From: Sphagnum compactum
Taxonomy: Eukaryota
Reading direction: 5' to 3'
Assembly: GCA_965153455.1 (NCBI GenBank)
Contig: OZ234494.1
Coordinates: 12,648,001 to 12,712,000 of the forward strand
DNA: 64,000 nt
In this document: positions 25,400 to 38,800 of the stretch, one piece after another
How positions within the stretch are numbered: the stretch's first letter is position 1
Layout of the letters: every line of letters starts with the position of its first letter
The notes under the pieces: generated by a model
Seen by the model: the letters and a program-made list of their open reading frames with translations, nothing else
Told to the model about the DNA's origin: nothing
The model's database searches: none
Program-made: the position numbers and the translations under genes

Positions 25400-28300
25400 T
25401 TAAAAGGGTACTAGAAAGCTTAAAATCTTTGGACATTTCCTCTGCTACTGCCTCTAGAGTTCCAAGGAGGTATTGTAGACCTCCATTTGGCACACCCAAA
25501 GTCGTGAAGATTGTTCAAAAAGGACAAGAAATGAAAAAGATACAAGAGTCTCCAACTAACGGGGTTCAAGGTTTGGTAAGTGGTGTCTTAAAAGCATTTG
25601 TGATTTGGAACTTAAAATCTTTGAGCATTGTTACTATGTTGTCTATGGACTTCAAAGAGGTTTTGTAACGCTCTAGTTGGTGCAGTGATAGTTGTTTAGA
25701 TCACTCAAAAAGGATACAAAAATGAAAAAGATATGAGGTTTGAAAGTATGAGTGCTTTAATGTTTTTTTTCCAAATAGTTTATGACTTGGATAGTTCATT
25801 CTCTTCATGTTTTTTCTTGGTTGCTCCTTTGTCTCTGCAATGCGATTCAAAGGGGTGTTGTAAACCTTTGGCACACCCTTTAACTATGAAGATCGCTCAA
25901 ACTGGAGAAGAGATAAGTAAGATTGGGATCATTGTTTGGTCGTAGATGTGTTTTTGGTGTTGTGTGGTTTCTTTCACCCTAGTTTCATTCAATCCCACAT
26001 TTTGAGAGATGTTGGCCAAGTGTTTTTGTGTGAACTATGAATGACTTCATTTTTTGAAATTTTCATGCAACATTTTCTATTTTTTATTTTGTTGGTTTGA
26101 ACTAGTGTTGGGCATGTACTAGCTTTCACAAGTCATAATCGTCGATTTTGATTTTGCTTAGTAAAAATCAAATTAAAACATGATTTTATTATCAAAATTG
26201 AAGTTGAAACCAAATTTAAACAATTTAAAATTTGGACACAACCCCATGTTTTATTTATGTGTGGATTCAAAATCAAAATCAAAACTAAAACCAAAATACA
26301 TATCTTTGAAAAAAAACTAATTAGAATCAAGGTTAATTACATGTTAAACAAAAGTTAATCATTAGTTTTGATCTAGGTTGATAGAAACTTTGATTTTTGG
26401 GCAAGCAATGATATGTTCACCAATGAAAATAATTTGAAAGAGGAGCAATGTATCCCCAAACGCAAATGATACTCAACATGTCACCTACCACTTGTATTCC
26501 ATTCTAATCACTTTTATGTACTTCAAACATTTCTTTTTTCATGGAGATTCTTGTCCCATTGGAACACAACAAATGCTTGCCATGTGCTTGCATAAGATTT
26601 ATGACACATTTGAAAATTTTAATATATGGTAAGTAATACCTATTATGCTATTGAAATGCTATCATACATGTTTGAAATTATAATATGAACATCATGCTCC
26701 ATCAAAATTAATGAATAAATCACTCTTCACAATTTAGAAGCAAAATGTATCGTGTATCTATTTGATGAATATTCACAATCAAGCTTGCAAGTATATTGTA
26801 CATTTTTATTAAATAAGGAACCCTACATGTCATGTGCATCTCAAGCTTCTTTCAATCTAATGGAAGCTTCCAAGAGCTATGGGTGTACGACAATAGTTCC
26901 AATGTAACTGTTCCTTCAAAAACCACTATGTTATTGACACCTTGAAATTATCCAAAAGCTCTGGTGCATGAATAGAAACAAAGTTCACAAGGGTGAGCTG
27001 CACAATCCTAGCATTTAAAGATTTTCATGTTTCTTGCATTGCTAAAAACAATTCAAACAAATTTTATACCATATCAAGTCTTCATGCAAGTGGTCCTTCA
27101 TGTTGAATTGTCACTATGAATTCATGGTTTCTTTAAGACACAAAGAACATATTTTAACATGAATTTCCCATATGTGATAAACCAAATTTATAAACTATTA
27201 CAAGCAAATGTTTGAAAATGGCTTGAATGTGAACTAGGCTCCTTGCATAGTCATCACATGCAAGGATTATACGAAATCAAAACAATAAAACAAAAAAAAA
27301 AACTTTTATTTGGTACTTTAAAACTTCCACAACAAGGGAATTGGACTTGACATGCATGAATATAATCATAACATGATATGAAATTAATTTTACAAATGTT
27401 TAGGGTTCAATTCCAAATAAATTTATAATGCTTCTTCAATCAAAGGCCATGTAACTAAGGTCATCCAATAAATATTGAAAATTTTCATTTGTGTGAACAA
27501 AATACTGATGTTATGACTTGTGAATGTTCGATTGGTGAAAGATATTGATGTCATGATATGACTTTAAGTACCTGAAATTCAAACATATGAACAACTCACA
27601 AAAAATCCAATGCAGTGTTCGAATTGCGAAATTTATGTCATCAAAACCCATCACTTTTGAATAGTGGCTCACCAAAGCTCATCAACAATGAAAAGATTGA
27701 TGCAAGCAAAATGCAATAGATATATCTCATCATTTATTGCACTCTTGTTCCAATTTCACATGAAAACAATGTATTTAGTCATAATATCAATTTTTATTTA
27801 CAAGATGAAATTAAGTAAACATTGTTACAGGGCAACTTGGATGGTCACCCAAAATTGGGGTATGCTTCCCTTGTTGAGCTTGCATGGCTAATAATGGTTG
27901 GGATCACAAACTGCATCAATTTTTCAAATTATCCTAGAGTAAAGTTGGTGAGAATTATAAATAAACTTGGTGTGGCCCACATGGTCGTTTAGGATGTCTC
28001 GCACAACAACCAAGGCTGATCAATTGTCCATTTTCCAACTGTCCACTTTTTTTCTCAAGCTTTGTTGATGTGAAATATTCCCAAGTGTTGAAACAAGCAA
28101 TTGCAACTTGCATTGCAATTGGATCATTTGCCACAATTTCATCAAGCAACTCCTCGTTGATATTAGTGGAGCTCGAGTCAAGATGTGATAAAATAAACTC
28201 TATAAATGACAAGTGGAATGAACCTCCACAACGAAAAATGAAATGAGACTCCCAAAAACCCTTTAAAAATTTCAAACCACTGGACGCTTCCAAACGAAAT

Positions 28301-28936
28301 GCAAGACCTTAAACTTTCAAGTGAAATGAGATTGAAAAAAGAGAGTCCAAAATGGGATCCCTCCCACTTATAGCATAAGGGCACTAAATGAAAAGCTATG
28401 TCAACCCCATAAACCTGAACTCTAAAAATAAAACATAAACCCTGACCCAATTATTAAAAATACAAAATTTGGGAGAAATCCAAGTATCCCCTTAACCTCC
28501 AACAACCAAAAATAAATATTTAGCAACTCGAACCCACCTTAAAAAAAACAAGCCCTTTCTGCCCAGCCACCCCTCTCCCCCCCCCCCCCCCACCCACCTA
28601 TTGGACCCCTAGAATCCCACCCACCCCAAAGAAAAATAAAAAATAAAATCATGATCACTCTAAAAACCCAAACCCACCATCCTTCAAGAAAGAAAAAACC
28701 CCACCCAAATCCCCTCACCCACCCTCAAAATCCCAAATAAGTCTCCTCCGGCACCCTCCCCTCTCCCCAATCCAAAAGTTAAAAATTGTGAACTCCTTGG
28801 ACTGTCCACCTATTTTAAGCCAGTCGAAGGTGCACCCACGCGATCAACCCCTTCTTCGTGGACCACTGGAACTCAGGGTGAAGAAATTAATAAGGTGTGA
28901 AACATCCTGTGAAACTTCTGGTGAAGTTCCAACAAC

Positions 28937-29191
28937 ATATTAGAGTTATCCATCAAGTCATCAAGTCATGCCCTGTTGGGCCTGAGTTTCACCCCTCGTT
29001 TGATGCGTCATCCCCTCCTGGCTGTTGTCCGCAAAGTCATGAAATTTTATTAAATAGGCGTATGAAATACTGAGACTCAGGATTAAATGCACGAGGCTCG
29101 AGAGCAGTTAGTACACATAGCAGCAGCAGTGATTGGTTGAACACGTTCATAAAATCAAAAGACAGGGCGAACTCAGTTTAGCACCGAATTT
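28937..29191 (+). repeat. Dispersed short repeat, uninterrupted copy of the element split by the LINE at 8925-9057 and 11740-11855
   Basis: ATATTAGAGTTATCC...CAAAGTCATGAAATTTTATTAAATA...GAGACTC|AGG|ATTAAATGCAC...GACAGGGCGAACTCAGTTTAGCACC aligns with both halves flanking the LINE. Confidence 0.85.
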
Positions 29192-30469
29192 GGGGCTAAT
29201 CGTACCCGGTTGAAGCCCAGTCTACTAAAAACAATTCCTGTTTTTTGAATTCTCATCCCCTATGGGACCAAACAGGGGTTCCAGTGTCGTCTTTTCCTAA
29301 CTTTACGAATAACTTTACTATATGAGGTTGTTTCCAAGGTGGGTATTTGATACTCAACTCATCTAAAAATCCATTGCAAACAGAGAACAAAAATAACTAA
29401 CATTTTTTTTGGGTCTTCATATGGTCACTAGGAGGCCTCACTCAAAAAGGTGAAATAACCAAACACAAAGGAGGGGTGCTAGTTCACTCTGGCCTTCCCC
29501 TCCCACCCCCAGGTCTGGCTTTTTTTTTTAATTTTTTGGGTATCAAAATTTTGGAAAATTTTGACCCAACAATAGAAAAATAAATCAAGTTTACAATTGA
29601 GAAAAAAAAAATTCCAAAATTTTCTCAATTTATTTGTCAAAAAATGGCAATTTGAAATGGCAATTTTTTTTTGAAAAACACTGGAACCGACCATGATCTA
29701 ATTGGCTTTATTTATACCCTGGGAAATGTTAAATTCAACTCTTGGATGGATGGAGTGTGATATTATTGGCTTTATTTAGTAGCTTGGGAGATGTTAAATT
29801 CCAACTGGGAAACCCTGAGTTTTGTCATAGGATGAGACAACTCTCAAAGCAGAACCCAACAAGAAACTTCCCCTCGTTTACAATTATTTCTTCCCAAATA
29901 GGTGCGACTACAACAGTATACCTTTTGTCTTTTTCCTATTGTGCCTTTTTCTTTCTATGAATTACCCAGTGTATTATTGGGAGGCTGTGTTACCAAACAC
30001 AATAACTCCTTCTCAATGACAAGGCACTTTCCATTTTGGGGGCTGGGCATTTCATTTTCGAAATGCCTGTGTTAAAACCTTTTTTTGCTGTGATACCCGC
30101 CATGTACCAGAAGGATATCCGACGAGTATCACAGTAAAAAAAACTGTCACAGTTTCTATTTTACACAGGTAAAGCCCTCAGGTGGGGGGCATGCAATGTT
30201 TCAATTCTCATCTTGTGTGAACCAACATTCACTCTTCCCAATTCCACTATGATAAAAAAAACTTTCAAACTATTTAACATACAAGGAATCAAAGATAGCC
30301 ATGAAGAGGCCTTGTAACTTGATATAAATAGTTTATTAGTTATGTACTTATCTAAGGGTTAAGTTTGATAATTTATTTTATGATTGGGTTTTACAATTCA
30401 ATAATGGTTTCATAAGTCATTATCAATTGGTTATAGTTTTAATTAATGTACATGATAATTTATGAGAAA

Positions 30470-30845
30470 AGTCTTTGTCCACATGATAATCCATAATGAA
30501 AATCTTTGTTCACATAATAATCCATTAGATAAGTTTTTACCCACATTAATAATATGCATGATTCAAAAATGATGACCCATTAAAAAAAAGTCTTTGCATA
30601 ATTTAATGTGCATAATTCAAACATTGTAATTCACAAGGAAAGTCTTTGCACAAGTTAATGTGCATGATTCAAACATGGTGATTCATAAAAAAAAAATTTG
30701 CACAAATTAAAGTGTAGGATTTAAATATGACAACTTACAAAAAAATCATGTTACAAATTAATGTGCATGACTTAAACATGGTGATTCATTAAAAAAATTA
30801 TGCTACAATTTAATGTGCATGTTGAATCACATGATGAACCATAAA
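30470..30845. repeat. Degenerate tandem array, about 60-bp period
   Basis: Recurring AATTAATGTGCATGATTCAAACATGGTGATTCA-type units. Confidence 0.75.
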
Positions 30846-31960
30846 ATGTGTAAGACTTTAAAAGATTTCTTGTTTAGTTTCATTTTGCTTAGTATATAAG
30901 TGGATGTTTAGGACCTTTGAAAACACATTCATATAATAAGAACAAGTTGTTGTATAAAAATGCAAATTTTCATAAAATAGAATTGTAAAAAAAAATTAAA
31001 ATTTTAGTCTTTAAAAGTTTTGGCATATTTATGAACTTGTGAAATCCATGGTAAGAAAATGGTGTGACGTAATAATTATACATAGAAAATAGAAAGGTGA
31101 AAATATATTTGTGTAAACAAAAACATAAATTTTCATAGCTATGTAATAAACATATATAGTTTCAGTCCTAAACCCGTTTATGGTCTACAACCTCATTATA
31201 AAAGGTGAAGTGCAAGGTCCCAAAATAAAGGAGGTAAAACATTAGTTAAATCCAGTTCCACATTTTGAAAATGTACCCCCACAAGTGCCTTGTACCCATA
31301 ATAATATTGCAAAAACTAAAGGTGAATGAAGGTTTTCCTGAACCTCAACATGCATAAATCAAAAGCCATTGGAGGGGGGAAGGTTGCCAAACTTAGCTAA
31401 TAAAAGGCCTCGCTTCAAAGGTAAATGTAAGGTTCCAATATAAAGGCCTAAAGCAAGGATGTACCCAAGTTCAACCCCACATTTTGAAATCATCCCTCAC
31501 TGAGTGGGCTTTACCAATCATACAATTGTAAAGTAGGAAGTGAAACTTGTCATGAATTTCATAGATCTCGAAGCGTCGAAATGGGAAAGTTTCTTTTAGG
31601 AGATGTTCTTAGGCCTATATTATAACACATGGGTGATTTTATCATATATTTTTAATTAAAGAATTGAATTTTTGAAAAATCATCGACCTTGTATGTCCAA
31701 ATTTTCAAATATTTGGATTTCAAGGCATTTGGAATCAAACTTTGGTATAGTCAAATGCACAAATAATGAATGAGTTGACGAAAAGGACAATACAAGAGTT
31801 GTGATGGTTCTTATGCATTTAATACAAATACATTTTTGACTTATCGAAAAGTCCAGAATCAAAGATTGACTTGTTGAAGTTCAAATTTTTAAACTAATTA
31901 ATTATTTGACCTTTGTGTGTTGAAGTTGTTTAGTATTAGGATAATTAAGTAGGTTCCTTC

Positions 31961-34587
31961 TAGTGTTGGGTGGTTTTCTATTTTTTTGGAGAACTTTGAG
32001 GTCGACTCCTTATTATTATTAGTTTTTGAATTATTTTTTGGATAAGGCCTTGAATTTTATTTTAAAAACCTAAAACCTTCAGTTAAAATCAATGTTTTTT
32101 TATCTAGTTATGGGGGGTTTTCGGGTTTAAGTTTTTTAAAGGGGTAGGTCCAAGTAACAATTAGGGTTTAGGGATTAGATTGTCCAAAAAAAAATGGTTA
32201 TTGTAATTACAAAACAAATAACTTACTTGAAATAAATGAATTTTTCTATTTGAAAGTGTAATGAAATTACATCTACAACAATTTGTTTTTTACTCATTTT
32301 TCACATCTGCAATAATTTGTTTCCTTAGAGTTGGGCTTTTGGGCATTTGACATTAGATAGACCATTAGAAAAACCTTTAGTTTGGCTGAACAAACATATG
32401 AATTGAACATTTTACATACCACAAAACTCCTTGATGCATATGAAAATTCATAACAAAATGGACTAAATAAACTTCCAATCACAAAATATCAACAACTGAC
32501 CTTAAAGTCTAGGGACAAATCCTTCTTCAAACCTGGGCTTTTAGGCGTTTAACACTCAACAAACCATCAACATTATATGACAGAAGTCCTCAATGCACAT
32601 GTGAAAAATGATAACAAAATGGATTGGACATAATTCCAATCACAAAAAATCAACAATTAATTTTCAAATCTACGGATAAATGCAACCACAATTGAACACA
32701 ATCAACTAACCTTAAAATCTAAGGAGAAACCAACCACCATTAAACAAAATCAACAACTAATTTTATAATCCAAGAACATGTTGGCAAAACAACTGAACTT
32801 ACATCTTCAGCAAATGGAAGTGTGGTTCTTAAACAAAAAAGCAAGGTGCGTTGAACTTAATTTCCACTTCATGCACATGTTCCATGCTCGAAAAAATGAT
32901 ATTGTAATGAATGCAATAATAATTGTCTAAGGTTTTTGTTTACTGATGAATTTGGGTGGCATCTAGGACCAAGTTAAAACAAATGAAAGTGGATTGTGAA
33001 GTGTTGAAAAGATGTTGCGAGAATTTGAATGAAGAGAATTAAAAAGAGTTGTAAGAATTGAGAGTGCTCAAGCTAGCCGTTGTCATAATTACTCCCAACA
33101 CATGTATTGCAATAGTTGTCATAGTTGCACATGGTTTTAACAACTACATGTAGTGGCCAGTACTATTTGCTACCACACTAACCCTATACCCATCTTGTGA
33201 GAAAACAACTACTATAGAGAATCGATCAACCCATATTACATTTCCTAAACCTGCAAGTAGCAGTAGCAACTACTCCCATTTCATGTAGCCTTTAGTAGCC
33301 CGCTAAGAGTTAGCTGCTATATATTAGATTTCCTATAAAGTTTTTTGCTTCATACTATTACATAGGACTCCACTCTTTGTTATGTAGCAAAACCAATTGG
33401 TGCACCATCCACAACTACAAGTTGATTGCATTTTCCTTTCCTTCATGTGTAGCATGGCAATTCCACTATGATGATTATTGCAATGACCATAACAATGATA
33501 GCTATGGCCCTATGTTTTGTTGCAATAATAAAAGACAAAAAACTACAGCACAACAAGCTATCACACAATGTGATGCCAAGTGGATGGCAAATAGCAAAAA
33601 TGTTTTTCATGCAAACAATAAATGAAAGAAAAAAAGGTTCAATGGAGAGAAAAAAATGCTTACCTTCAAGCTATAGCACGCAACGACCATTGCAATGGCC
33701 ATGATGATGATCTTGTTCCAACAAAAAATCACCACAATGCCCATGATGACAACCCTATTGCAACAAAAAATAGGTAAGAACATTGTTTCACCACCATGAT
33801 GACGCTCAATGTTTCATTATAGCTCATAAAACTCGATCTAGGTGCTCCAACTTAAAGCTTGATGAAAAACAAGCAAAAAAACTTACTTCAACATGACACT
33901 GTCCATCATGATGATGACAAACATTTTGCATCAAAAACTTCAACAATGTAACAAAAAGTAAAAACCTCAACAGTAGCCAGAAAAAAAGTGAGCTTGAAAA
34001 AAACTTACCTAATTTGCAAATTACCAAAAACGTGGTGATGGTGATGTAAAAAACAAATAACAATCACAAAATCATCAAGAACTTGGTAATGGCAATGAAG
34101 TAAAAACCTTAACAATGCAACAAATTTGCCTTTACAATGCCACCCATTTCGTTCATAGCAACCATCGCAAATAGAAGGTGCTCATGGAATGCAATGTGTA
34201 GCAAAAATAACCAATAATTAAAACCTTAACGCTAGAAAAAAGATGGAACTCATTATCATGCAAAAGAAGAAAGTAAATTGTCCAAGGAATGATGGAATGT
34301 GACGTGCCACAAAAGTTTGCAAAACCTTAAACCTTAAGGTTAGGAAAAAGAACTAAAACTTTAAAATTTTAGAAAACACTTGTCGATGCAAGGTCATTGA
34401 AATTTTATGAAACCAAGGATCATCGGATTCTAGGGTTGAACCTGGATTTAAGATAAGGGTGGGTCTTAAGGTAAGGTTCAAGTCTGGGTATTTGAATAAA
34501 GGTGAGGGTTAGAATAGGGTATGTATAATTAACTAGAACCAAAACTCTTGGTTATTACCTACATTTTCAAAGAACTGCCCAACATTA
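31961..34587. mobile_element. Old non-autonomous hAT element
   Basis: TIRs are TAGTGTTGGGTGGTT and AACTGCCCAACATTA. The 8-bp TSD is GTTCCTTC / ATTCCTTC (1 mismatch). Confidence 0.7.
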
Positions 34588-35866
34588 ATTCCTTCCCTCC
34601 TATAGCCTTAAACATTTATTATGTAAGAACATAAGATGTAATATCAGTACTCTTTTCTAAGATGGATTTTTAGAGATATCACTTGGATTGCAAATACATT
34701 AAGAAATTTATCCATGTATTTTAAGTTATTAAAAGCCTAAATTGAGTTTCACACTATTTGAAAGTCACATTTAAAGCCATTTTATTTTTATGGGTTGAGA
34801 TGGTCTAAATGTCCCAATATTATATGTGCACACCCTTGTATTCTTAATGGATTTGGTGGTAAGCAAATTATTTTTAAATTGTCAAAATTTTGAGGGATTT
34901 AATGACAAAGGTGTCAAAATTTTGAAATTGCAAGTTGCACAATGCCAAAAGTTTTGAAACCTAAAAGCCATAAGCCTTGATCATTAGCATCTTTTTTTTT
35001 AAAAAAAAAATCATCACAATTGTACACACTTTGTTTGGTCAATAATACGGCCTTCAAGTTTAGTGGAGAACGGGATATTATGAGTGCAAATGTTAGATGG
35101 ATATCATTGTGTAAATGTCAATTTATCATAAGAATGTTTCAAAAACACATTTCATTGAAAAAATCCTACCCGTCCACTATGTGGTTCAGGTTCGGTGACA
35201 TTTTATGGCTCATTGGTTATGTCTCGTAACACAGCTCGAGAAGGCTGGTTACGAGGAAAACTCGAGCCACATGAAAAAGTCCCATTACTCACATGGCTCC
35301 ACTTTTTCCCGTAACCGGCATGCTTGAGCTGGTTACATAATCCATAAAGACAAATGTAAACATGAATCAAAAAAATCTAACACATGAATATTGTGTGTAT
35401 CTAAGTGGATAAAAAATGATAGACATCCTCACACACGTTTAAAACATTAAATATTTTTTAAAAATATGAGCTAAACCTCTTGATACTATATTGCCAAAAT
35501 GCGTTTTAATAAAAAAATAAAAAATTGGACACTAGGGTGCCACCGTAACTGGTATTGCAAGTCGTACAAAAATAGTACAAAAGTAACGGTCCTGATTATT
35601 TTTATTAATATATCTACGTGGACCCCAAAAAAAAAGAAAAAAAGTCATTATTTCTGAGTCTTGCGAAAGTGTTAGGAAATTTGAAGACTGGAGGAGAGTC
35701 GGGGACTTCGTGGGAGTTGGGGGAACTTTGTTATCGCAAAAAAATTTGTTTTGTTTTCGGGGTTTGTGTTGAGCCATTCTTCTGCTGATGCTGCTGCTGT
35801 TGTGCTGTTGTATCACATAGTGAGTGGTACGATGCTTGATGCGAGTTTGAAGGCTTCTTCTTCTCC

Positions 35867-38800
35867 ATGGAAGACTTGTTATCATCAGTGCGGCGTCTTT
35901 TCTGTTGCTGTTACCGTCTAGAACACGTTTCTTCAATGGAAAAGTTTGTGGTTCCTAACAAGGGAGCACCTCCTGAAGTTCTACGGACCTGGCGTAAGGC
36001 TGCCCTTGTGTTGAACGTCGCACGCCGCTTTCGATATGTTGCTAACCTTGACAACAGAAGAGCATTAGAAGAAGCACGTCAGGTACTAATAACCCTAATC
36101 CTCCCCCCTCCCCCTTCTTCCCGCCTCCTCCACCACACACTCCCCTCTTTTTGTTGCCTCTTGTTGTGGTCCTTTCCTGTTCAAGAAAACAGAAACATTT
36201 GATCTGGTATATGTCCTGTTATGTGTGTTGATCTGGTATATGCCCTGTTGTGTGTGCTCGCAGCGGCGTAAATGGAAGCTTTCAATGATCGTTGTCAGAG
36301 CAGCTTATCGGTTTAGTGGTAAGCAAAACAGTTTTTGGCACATTGTAGCCGTAATGTCTCAAGTTGCCATTGTAAAACCTTTGTGGCAGAAGAAGAAGAA
36401 GAAGCAGCAGCTTTGTGAATACTGAACCTTTGTAGAAATTTCTTGAACTTCTGTTTACGAATCCTGAATGTTATCACCTTTCCAGGAGCAAATAGCTGAT
36501 TTCCTCTGTCCCCTTCGGTTTTGTTTTGGTTGGCTGTATTTATAGATCTAGTGCCAGATGGCGACAGCCACAATATCCAAGTCCCAGAGCCTGCATATGG
36601 CTTCAATGTCAAAGTCACAGAGCTTGCAGAGCTGTTGGAACATCAGAACATGAATGCTCTTGCACATCACAATGGAGTCCATGGCTTAGTAGAGAAGCTG
36701 CAAACCTCTGTGGATAAGGGTCTGTGCAGCAGTAATCTGGACAACAGGCGTAAGGCTTTTGGAACTAACACATATATAGAGGCGCCAGCAAAAGGTTTTT
36801 GGATGTTTGTATTGGACTCAATGCAAGATTTGACCCTCATGATCCTTGCAGTTTGTGCAGTTGTGTCCCTTGTGATTGGCATTGTTACTGAGGGCTGGAG
36901 GGAGGGGTGGTATGATGGAGCTGGAATTGCTTTCAGTATCCTTCTTGTTGTCTTTGTTACTGCCTCAAGCGATTACAGGCAATCCCTCCAGTTCCGTGAC
37001 CTAGACAATGAAAAGAAAAAGATCTTTATAGAGGTTGTTCGAGATGAACACAGACAGAAGATCTCCATATTTGACTTGTTGGTGGGTGATATTGTTTATG
37101 TGAAAACTGGTGACCAACTTCCTGCTGATGGGCTTTACATCTCTGGCTTCACTTTGATGATTGATGAATCCAGCATGACTGGAGAGACTCACACAAAGAC
37201 TAAAGATGAACACCATCCCTTTCTTTGGTCTGGAACAAAGGTGCAAGATGGCAATTGTAAGATGCTTGTGACAGGGGTTGGAATGAACACAGAGTGGGGA
37301 CGTCTAATGGCTACTCTTGGTGATGGTGGTGATGATGAAACACCATTGCAAGTGAAGCTCAATGGAGTGGCAACTCTGATTGGCAAGATTGGCCTGGGTT
37401 TTGCAGTACTCACGTTCTTGGTGCTATTAGGGAGGTTTTTATATGCAAAAGAGTCATTGAATCATTGGTCATCACAAGATGCTGTAACAATTGTGAACTA
37501 TTTTGCAATAGCCGTAACTATAATAGTTGTGGCTATCCCTGAAGGCCTCCCACTGGCAGTCACCCTTACCCTTGCATTTGCAATGACAAAGATGATGGAT
37601 GATAAGGCATTGGTGCGTCATTTGTCAGCCTGTGAGACCATGGGGTCAGCTACCACCATCTGTACTGACAAGACAGGAACATTGACCTCAAATGAGATGA
37701 CTGTTGTAAAGGCATGGGCTGCAGGATCAGTTCATGAGGTCAGGGACGCAAAGGTGGACTTGCCAGTAGAGCTTCTAGGTGCACTTTTAGATGGAGCTTT
37801 CATGAATTGTACTGCAGATGTTTGGGATAACAATGATGGTTCACCTCCATCTCTTCTTGGCAGTCCTACAGAGACTGCAATTGTAAGGTTTGGTCTAAAG
37901 TTGGGTGGAAATTTCCAGGAAGTTTGCTCCGATTGTGAGGTGGTGAAAATGGAGCCATTCAATTCCACTAGGAAGAGGATGGGAGCTGTTGTGAAACATG
38001 AGAATGGTGACTTAATTGCCCACTGGAAAGGGGCCTCAGAGATAGTGTTAGGATTATGTAATCAGACTTTTGATGCAAATGGCAGTGTGGTGGAGTTGGA
38101 TGAACAAAAAGTCAAGCATCTCAAGGGAGTTATAAGGATGTTTGCAGATGAGGCTTTACGAACACTGTGTTTGGCCTTTAGGAAGGTCGACAGGATTCCT
38201 GGCAGCCATGACCCAATTCCTGATAAGGGCTTTATATTGGCAGCTATTGTGGGGATTAAGGATCCGTTGCGTCCAGAGGTGAAAGATGCTGTCAGGCTTT
38301 GCCATGAAGCAGGTATCCAGGTGCGCATGGTAACTGGTGACAACTTGAACACAGCCGTGGCCATTGCCCAGGAGTGTGGCATATACACAAAAGATGGAAC
38401 AGCTATTGAGGGTCCAGTGTTTCGCAATCTATCCCATGACTCAATGAAGAAATGCATCAAAAAATTACAGGTTTAAAAAGCGGCCAGATGACCTGTCTTT
38501 TTTTGGTGTTCTTGAAGAGTGATGTAATGTCAGCCATTATGTGTGATTGAAAGTGTCCCCTCAACCTCAGGGCTGTGACTTTTCAAAATTGGGCTTCTAA
38601 AGTGTCCCCCCACAACTGCACTACTTTGAGGTTTCCTAAAGGCTCCCCATCAGGGCTCAGAAATCCCCAGGTTCCCAGACTTTGAGTGACCTTGGTGACT
38701 GCCATTGTATCTGGGTTGGCTGTTTTAGGAATTTGAACCACAAGTTCTTTTAAGGTGGTCATGTGATGCATCATGAGCTGTAGGTGGTTTTGTGACCTTT

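Noticed and set aside
30470..30845. Regularly spaced repeats as a CRISPR-like array (also 52010-52660)
   Set aside because: The units are degenerate along their whole length with no unique spacers, there are no cas genes, and the context is eukaryotic.
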